Assembly (NCBI GenBank): GCA_963803435.1
Contig: CAWDML010000009.1
Location: 544,001 to 608,000 of the forward strand
DNA: 64,000 nt
Source: an uncultured delta proteobacterium
GTDB taxonomy: Bacteria > Myxococcota > Kuafuiibacteriia > Kuafuiibacteriales > Kuafuiibacteriaceae
Direction: 5' to 3'
The notes under the pieces are model-generated. The model was not told the origin of the DNA, searched no databases, and saw only the letters and a list, made by a program, of their open reading frames with translations. Positions 58,547 to 64,000 of this stretch are shown here, one piece after another (the stretch's first letter is position 1; every line of letters starts with the position of its first letter). A program made the position numbers and the translations under genes.

Positions 58547-61214
58547 CGGTGAACGTCCCGGCGTTGCCGCCGTCGTCGGTCACGGTCAGCTCGAGGTGGT
58601 AGTCGCCGGCCGGGCCGCCTGCGATCGCCGGTGCGTCGACGCGGAAGCGCGCGCTGGTGTAGCTGCCGGCGGGCGACCAGGTGGGGGCGCCAGCGTCGTC
58701 GAACCCCGTGAGGCGGTCGCGGGCCTCGGTCACCTGCTCGAGCGTGGCGGTGCCGTCGATCGCCTCCGCCGCACCGCCCGCGGGACGGACCGTGCCGGCG
58801 ACGCGCACCATGCTGCCGATCGGAACGGCGGCGCCGACCGCCCCGGGTGTCTCGATCGATCGCATCAGGAACGCGTTCAGCAGCGGTGGATCGGCGACGC
58901 GACCCTCGATGCCGTCGGCCGTCGCCGCGACGCCGTAGACGTGCAGCTTCTTGGACGCGACCACCTCGAACGACCGCGACGCGGTCTCGTAGTTGGTCAC
59001 CGCGCCGTTCTTCAGCGCGAGCCCGTGCACGGAGAGCCGGTAGCGTCCGAGCGGGAAGTCGCGGCGCTCCTGCCAGCGGACGCGCCAGCGGTGCGAGTCG
59101 CAGTTCTTCCGCGAGCAGTGTCCCTCGTACATCACGATCATCTCGAAGCCGCTGTCGTCGTAGAGCAGGCCCCCCGGCTTGGTGACCGGGCCGAACGTGC
59201 CGCCGTCCTCCCGCTCCAGCACGATCACCGGAAGGTCCAGCCCTGGGTGACCGCCCGACCAGGCCAGCGTCACCTCGTCCAGGCGCTCCACCTCGGCCGG
59301 GATGTCCTCGAGGATCTCGGCGGGGTCGCCCTCGGTCTCGGTGAAGGGCACGGTCTGCCGCTTCTCCTCTGGATCGACCCAGTACATCGGCTTCAGGTTG
59401 CCGTTGGGCGGGAAGGTGCGGGCCTCTGGCTCCTTGGCCAGCTCGGCGGCGATCTGGACCGAGCTCGTCACCAGGTAGGGCGCCAGCTTCCAGCCCCAGA
59501 TGTCGCGCGACGGCTCGTAGCCGCCCTGGAACCAGTCGTCCTCGTTGAGCAGGTAGAAGTGGTGATCCTGCGAGTAGCCGAGCGTGACGGCGTCGGTGAC
59601 GCCGGGGATCGCGTCCTTCACCCGGGCCGCCGCGTCGCGGCCGAACTGCGACACGGGCTCACCGGGCATCGTCGGCAGGGCCAGCGTGCCCAGGCGCAGG
59701 ACGGAGAGGTGCGTCTTCTGGAACTCGGGTACCGGATAGCCGCCGGTCAGACACTCGATGCCGAACACGCAGGCGAGGTCGCCGTCGGAGAACGCGGTGC
59801 TCGGGTCTTCGTCCTCGAGATAGCCGTCGACGCACTGGAACGCGCCGTAGCGGAAGTAAGGCGGGGTGTCGTCGCAGCTCACGTCGGAGTCGTAGAACTC
59901 GCCGTCGCCGTAGCCGAGGATGTCGTGCGAGATGGGAATGCGGCCGTCGAAGATCCCGACCTGGATCTGATCGCTGGTCTGGATCGCGTCGAGCTCGGGC
60001 TCCATCACGTCCCAGGCGCGCCGGCCGATCACCTGGAGCTGCTCCGCGTGGGTGTGTCCGCGATCCCCGCCGGAGGGCGACTGATCGCCGGCGTTGCCCT
60101 GGAGATAGAAGCCGAGGATCGGGTGGCCGTACTTCCGGCTCGCCTCCTCGGTGAGCGCCATCTCCACCCCGGTGCCGGCGTCGCCGGTGATCATGGGGTT
60201 GTCGTAGTCGAACACCGTCCCGTGCATGCCGAAGTTGGTGAGGAATGCGATCGGCTCGCCGCTGTCGTCGTCGACGCGCATCAGGAGCATGCGATCGTCC
60301 TTCTTCAGGTAGCCGGGGAGGTTGTCGTTGCGGTTGCGGCGGTCGTGGTGGATGCGATCGTCGGGATCGAAGTCGTCGAGGACCACGTACCCGAGGCGAG
60401 CCGGCTGGAGATCGTCGAGGGCCATGACCACGGCGTCGGCGTACGTGGTGGTCATCCGATCGAAGACCTCGTAGCTGAACTCGCCGTATCCGAAGAAGCC
60501 GAACGCCAGGCCGTCGACCAGGTGCCACCAGCGCGCCGGCAGCGAGTGGCTGTGGTTCGCGGAGGTGATCAGGTCGTCGAGGATGTTCACGCCGGTGCGC
60601 TCCTGCACCTTGCGCGCGGTGTCCGCGAGCATGAAGTCGGCGCTCCACGAGGTGGAGATGCGGAGGAGCACGGCGGTCTCCTTGCCGTCCGAGAAGACGA
60701 TCGCGCGGGCGTCGGGCCGATCGAACCAGGCGTTGCTGCCCCCGAGCGTCTCCTGGTACGGCGTGCGCGGTCCGATGCGGCTGCCGTAGCCGGCCATGCT
60801 CACGCCCATCGGAAAGTCGAGCGGGACGCGGCCGAGGCCCACCATCAAGCGGCCGCGCTCGCCGCTCGGGAGGGGAGCGCCGTCGAAGGCGACCGGGTAG
60901 GGCGTGCAGACGCCGTTCAGGCAGTAGCCGTCGGAGGCGCAGTCGTTGTCGGTGACGCAGACGGGGAAGCAGCGGTGGCTGGCCTGGTCGCAGATGCACC
61001 GGTCGTCCGCGCAGATGGGAGCGGTGGCGCAGTTCGCACGCTCGAAGCAGGAGACCGTCGGATGGCACTCGCCCAGATAGCAGACGCCGTCATGGTCGCA
61101 GTCCGAGTGATAGCCGCATTTGGCCTTCTCCGGCGGCTTCTGTACGTCGCTCTTGCAGGCCGTGGCGGCGAGCCCGACGAGCGCGGCCGCCCCTGCCCAG
61201 ATCCCGAGACGCAT
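58530..61214 (-). CDS. Neutral/alkaline ceramidase-family lipoprotein with a Cys-rich N-terminus
   Basis: Lipobox ATAC; MAGYG, SANHSHS, NFGMHGT, QGNAGDQSP, PGEP, GGYE. Confidence 0.8.
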   Translation of the reverse strand: MRLGIWAGAAALVGLAATACKSDVQKPPEKAKCGYHSDCDHDGVCYLGECHPTVSCFERANCATAPICADDRCICDQASHRCFPVCVTDNDCASDGYCLNGVCTPYPVAFDGAPLPSGERGRLMVGLGRVPLDFPMGVSMAGYGSRIGPRTPYQETLGGSNAWFDRPDARAIVFSDGKETAVLLRISTSWSADFMLADTARKVQERTGVNILDDLITSANHSHSLPARWWHLVDGLAFGFFGYGEFSYEVFDRMTTTYADAVVMALDDLQPARLGYVVLDDFDPDDRIHHDRRNRNDNLPGYLKKDDRMLLMRVDDDSGEPIAFLTNFGMHGTVFDYDNPMITGDAGTGVEMALTEEASRKYGHPILGFYLQGNAGDQSPSGGDRGHTHAEQLQVIGRRAWDVMEPELDAIQTSDQIQVGIFDGRIPISHDILGYGDGEFYDSDVSCDDTPPYFRYGAFQCVDGYLEDEDPSTAFSDGDLACVFGIECLTGGYPVPEFQKTHLSVLRLGTLALPTMPGEPVSQFGRDAAARVKDAIPGVTDAVTLGYSQDHHFYLLNEDDWFQGGYEPSRDIWGWKLAPYLVTSSVQIAAELAKEPEARTFPPNGNLKPMYWVDPEEKRQTVPFTETEGDPAEILEDIPAEVERLDEVTLAWSGGHPGLDLPVIVLEREDGGTFGPVTKPGGLLYDDSGFEMIVMYEGHCSRKNCDSHRWRVRWQERRDFPLGRYRLSVHGLALKNGAVTNYETASRSFEVVASKKLHVYGVAATADGIEGRVADPPLLNAFLMRSIETPGAVGAAVPIGSMVRVAGTVRPAGGAAEAIDGTATLEQVTEARDRLTGFDDAGAPTWSPAGSYTSARFRVDAPAIAGGPAGDYHLELTVTDDGGNAGTFTATVTK

Positions 61215-61322
61215 GGCTCCTTATGGCCGCCCGGCCGCCCCCGCACCATCGGATGCGAGGACGAGCGTCCACGGTCAATTCGCTTGCCAGGGCAGTCGGG
61301 GGGAGACATGCTCGCTGCCCGC

Positions 61323-61613
61323 ATGAGCGTTTTGTACTGTCACAAGTGCGGCAACCAGACGGAGCTGATCGACAAGGTCAAGCGCGCCGACACCTGCGAG
61401 CACTGCGGCGCCGACATGCACGCCTGCAAGAACTGCAAGTTCTTCGATCCCTACGTCCACAACCAGTGCCGGGAGTCGACGACGGTCTGGGAGCCGGACA
61501 AGGAGAAGGCGAACTTCTGCACCTACTTCGTCCCGCGCGAGGGCGAGGCGGAGGAGTCCGAGGATCGGGATCAGGCCCTCTCCAAGCTCGAGAACCTCTT
61601 CAAGAAGAAGTAG
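61323..61613 (+). CDS. Small Cys-rich (zinc-ribbon-like) protein
   Basis: CHKCG, CEHCGADMHACKNCKFFD, C, KEKANFCTYF. Confidence 0.85.
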   Translation: MSVLYCHKCGNQTELIDKVKRADTCEHCGADMHACKNCKFFDPYVHNQCRESTTVWEPDKEKANFCTYFVPREGEAEESEDRDQALSKLENLFKKK

Positions 61614-61656
61614 TTTGCACCGATTGCGTCAGGTGATAAGAGCGTCGGCCCGAAGC

Positions 61657-61730
61657 GGTGGGGTAGCTCAGTCGGTTAGAGCGAGGGTCTCATAAGCCCT
61701 AGGTCGCCGGTTCGATTCCGGCCCCCACCA
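61657..61730 (+). tRNA. tRNA with CAT anticodon (probably elongator Met); CCA not encoded
   Basis: GGTGGGG/CCCCACC acceptor, TAGCTCAG, AGGGT-CTCATAA-GCCCT, GGTTCGATTCC; paired G1-C72 argues against initiator tRNA. Confidence 0.92.
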
Positions 61731-61741
61731 CTGTTCTCCTC

Positions 61742-62677
61742 GTGGAGGAGGTCCGCTACATCCGAACGCCCGACGGGGCGCGCCTGGCGCTCACCGAGAT
61801 CCTCCACGGCGCACCGAAGGAGGGGCCCCGGTTCCTGCTCCTCCACGGCTTTGCCCAGAACCGCCTGGCCTTCACGCTCGGTCCGCTGCCGGACCTGCTG
61901 ATCAGGCGCGGGGCCCGGGTGTTCGTCGGCGAGCTGCGCGGACACGGGCGGAGCCGGAGCCCCGAAAGCGGTGCCCGCCACTCCCTTGCAACCCACCTTG
62001 CGGTCGATCTGCCGGCGCTCATCCGTGAGATCGGCGCGCCGCTCCACGTGATCGGACACTCGATGGGCGGCCTGCTCGGCTACGCGATGCTGGACCGGCC
62101 CGAAGAGGGAGCGCTCGCATCGTTGACCACCATCGGGGCACCGGTGTTGCTCGGGCGCGGCCGCATGCTGGTGCGGTTGGCGGCGATCCTGACCGGCCCG
62201 CTCGGACGGCTCCCGGTGGACGAGCTGCCGATGGATCGCTTCCTGCGCCTGCTGTCCGTCATGCTCGCCCGGCCCAGCGCGACGGGCTCGATCCGCGCGC
62301 TCCAGCGGCTCACACGCCTGGCATCGCCCGAGCACGCGCCGCCCGCGGCCATCGAGGCGATCCTGGGTCACGCGGACCCGGCGTCGCCCGTGGTCTTCAC
62401 CGAGCTGGCGCGGATGGCGATGGCGCGGGAGCCGACCGTGGCCGGTGTGTCGATCGTTCGCGCGCTCCTCTCGTCCCCGATCCCGGTGGCGACGGTCGTG
62501 GGGAGCGAAGACATCTTCGGCGGCCGTCTCGCGGTGGCGCCGTTCGACGTGCCGGCGCAGGCCGGCCCCCGCCTGGTGCTCGAGGTTCAAGGCGCGACGC
62601 ACGTCGACCTTACGATCGGGCATCACCTTCCCGAGACGGTGGCGCGCCTGTGGCCGTTCCTCACGGAAGGGCGTTGA
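61742..62677 (+). CDS. Alpha/beta hydrolase
   Basis: LLHGFAQN, ELRGHGRS, GHSMGG, HVDL. Confidence 0.88.
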   Translation: MEEVRYIRTPDGARLALTEILHGAPKEGPRFLLLHGFAQNRLAFTLGPLPDLLIRRGARVFVGELRGHGRSRSPESGARHSLATHLAVDLPALIREIGAPLHVIGHSMGGLLGYAMLDRPEEGALASLTTIGAPVLLGRGRMLVRLAAILTGPLGRLPVDELPMDRFLRLLSVMLARPSATGSIRALQRLTRLASPEHAPPAAIEAILGHADPASPVVFTELARMAMAREPTVAGVSIVRALLSSPIPVATVVGSEDIFGGRLAVAPFDVPAQAGPRLVLEVQGATHVDLTIGHHLPETVARLWPFLTEGR

Positions 62678-62702
62678 CTTCGCGAAGGGCTTACCGTAGT
62701 CC
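62674..62702 (+). promoter_or_regulatory. Putative sigma70 promoter of tRNA-Leu(CAG)
   Basis: TTGACT-N17-TAGTCC, 14 nt upstream of the tRNA. Confidence 0.55.
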
Positions 62703-62716
62703 ACGAGGCTCCCACT

Positions 62717-62800
62717 GCGAGGGTGGCGGAATTGGTAGACGCGCAGGATTCAGGTTTCTGTGTCCGTATGGATGTGGGGGTTCGAGTCCCCCCCTTCGCA
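62717..62800 (+). tRNA. tRNA-Leu(CAG); CCA not encoded
   Basis: GCGAGGG/CCTTCGC acceptor, GGCGGAATTGGTAGACGC, CAGGA-TTCAGGT-TTCTG, long variable arm. Confidence 0.93.
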
Positions 62801-62833
62801 TCGAGCCCCTGTTAGACGGAGCACCGGCGCCCG

Positions 62834-64000
62834 GTGCAGCTCTACACCAAGATCCTGATCGGAATGGGCGCCGGGGTGGTCCTCGGGCTGCTCTTCGGTC
62901 CCAACTCCAACATCCTGCCGCAGACGGGCGTCGAGCTGGGCCCCGACGCCGCCGTCCTGGATCAGCCGGACGGGCGCGCCGTGCCGCAGGCGGTCGGGCT
63001 CTCGCGGGCGTCGGTGATCGAGGCCCACGACGACTGGATGCAGATCGAGTGGACGCTCTCTCCCGCGGACGTCCTCCGGCTCAAGACCAAGGGGGTCGAG
63101 GCCAAGACGCACGTCCCGCTCGAGGGCTGGGTGAAGGAAGGCCCGAGCGTCCGCCGCTTCGCGCCGCTCGGCGAGACGCTGATCGACTCCACCGACTGGA
63201 TCGGCCGCCTCTTCCTGGCGCTCATCAAGATGGTGGTCGTGCCGCTGGTGTTCTTCTCGCTGGTGGTGGGCGTGGCGTCGCTCGGCGATCTGCGCGCGCT
63301 CGGGCGGCTGGGCGGCCGCACGCTGGTCTACTTCATGGGCACGACCGTCGCTTCGCTGATCATCGGGGTCACGCTGGCGAACCTGATCGAGCCGGGCCGG
63401 CTCCTGTCGGAGGGCGATCGGGCGACGCTCCTCGCCAGCTACGGCGGTGACGCCGGATCGGCGGTGGCGCGGGCCGCGTCGGCGCCCTCGACGATCGACA
63501 CGCTGGTCGGCATCGTCCCCGCCAACCCGATCGGCGCGCTCGCCTCGGGCGACATGCTCCAGATCATCTTCTTCGCGCTGATGCTCGGCATCGCGCTCAC
63601 CATGCTCCAGGCCGATCGCGCCAAGCTGGTGGTCGACGTGTTCGCGCGTCTCAACGACGCGATGGTGATGCTGGTCCACGTGGCGATGCTGCTCGCGCCC
63701 TACGGCGTCGCTGCGCTCCTGTTCAAGGTGGTCGGCTCGACGGGCTGGTCCGTTCTCCTGGCGCTGCTCGTCTACGGCCTGGTGGTGCTCGGCGGTCTCG
63801 CAATCCACTTCGTCTTCGTCTACGGCTCGGTGGTGCGCTTCGGCGCGCGGCTTCCGGTCTTGAAGTTCGTGGGCGCGGTGAAGGAGGCGCTCCTGGTCGC
63901 GTTTTCCACCTCGTCGTCCTCCGCGACGCTCCCGGTGACGATGGAGGCCTGCGAGGACAACCTCAACGTGTCGCCCAAGGTGGCCAGCTTCGTGCTCCCG
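62834..64000 (+). CDS. Dicarboxylate/amino acid:cation symporter (DAACS/GltP family), partial at the right edge
   Basis: LYTKILIGM, FLALIKMVVVPLVFFSL, IVPANP, MLQIIFFA, AFSTSSSSATLPVT. Confidence 0.92.
   Translation, partial: MQLYTKILIGMGAGVVLGLLFGPNSNILPQTGVELGPDAAVLDQPDGRAVPQAVGLSRASVIEAHDDWMQIEWTLSPADVLRLKTKGVEAKTHVPLEGWVKEGPSVRRFAPLGETLIDSTDWIGRLFLALIKMVVVPLVFFSLVVGVASLGDLRALGRLGGRTLVYFMGTTVASLIIGVTLANLIEPGRLLSEGDRATLLASYGGDAGSAVARAASAPSTIDTLVGIVPANPIGALASGDMLQIIFFALMLGIALTMLQADRAKLVVDVFARLNDAMVMLVHVAMLLAPYGVAALLFKVVGSTGWSVLLALLVYGLVVLGGLAIHFVFVYGSVVRFGARLPVLKFVGAVKEALLVAFSTSSSSATLPVTMEACEDNLNVSPKVASFVLP

Noticed and set aside
1-64000. CRISPR array, rRNA, IS elements
   Set aside because: No regularly spaced direct repeats, rRNA-like sequence or transposase motifs seen

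Overview
High-GC window whose gene content points to a Myxococcota/deltaproteobacterial chromosome: Hanks kinases, FHA and PEGA proteins, and many Cys-rich lipoproteins. It mixes housekeeping genes (frmA, sthA, holA, CCA enzyme, LolC/E-type permease, rseP, rpsP-khpA-rimM-trmD-rplS, purF, three tRNAs) with accessory envelope and signalling genes. Three observations stand out. (1) A 110-codon minus-strand gene (46604-46936), absent from the ORF track, has an in-frame TGA followed 11 nt later by a SECIS-like hairpin with a GGUC loop, so it is a candidate selenoprotein of no family I recognise. (2) A 6.6-kb cassette (46983-53571) is bounded by 28-bp inverted repeats (25/28 identical). It encodes a zinc-finger anti-sigma, an ECF sigma factor, a lipoprotein TPR-CHAT (caspase-like) protease and a convergent S8 protease lipoprotein, which suggests a protease-triggered transmembrane signalling module. 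(3) Seven +1 frameshifts occur; six can be repaired by deleting one base in or directly beside a GATC. That suggests base-calling errors at modified GATC sites rather than pseudogenes. I saw no CRISPR array, rRNA, integrase or transposase. All family calls come from reading motifs by eye, not from database searches.
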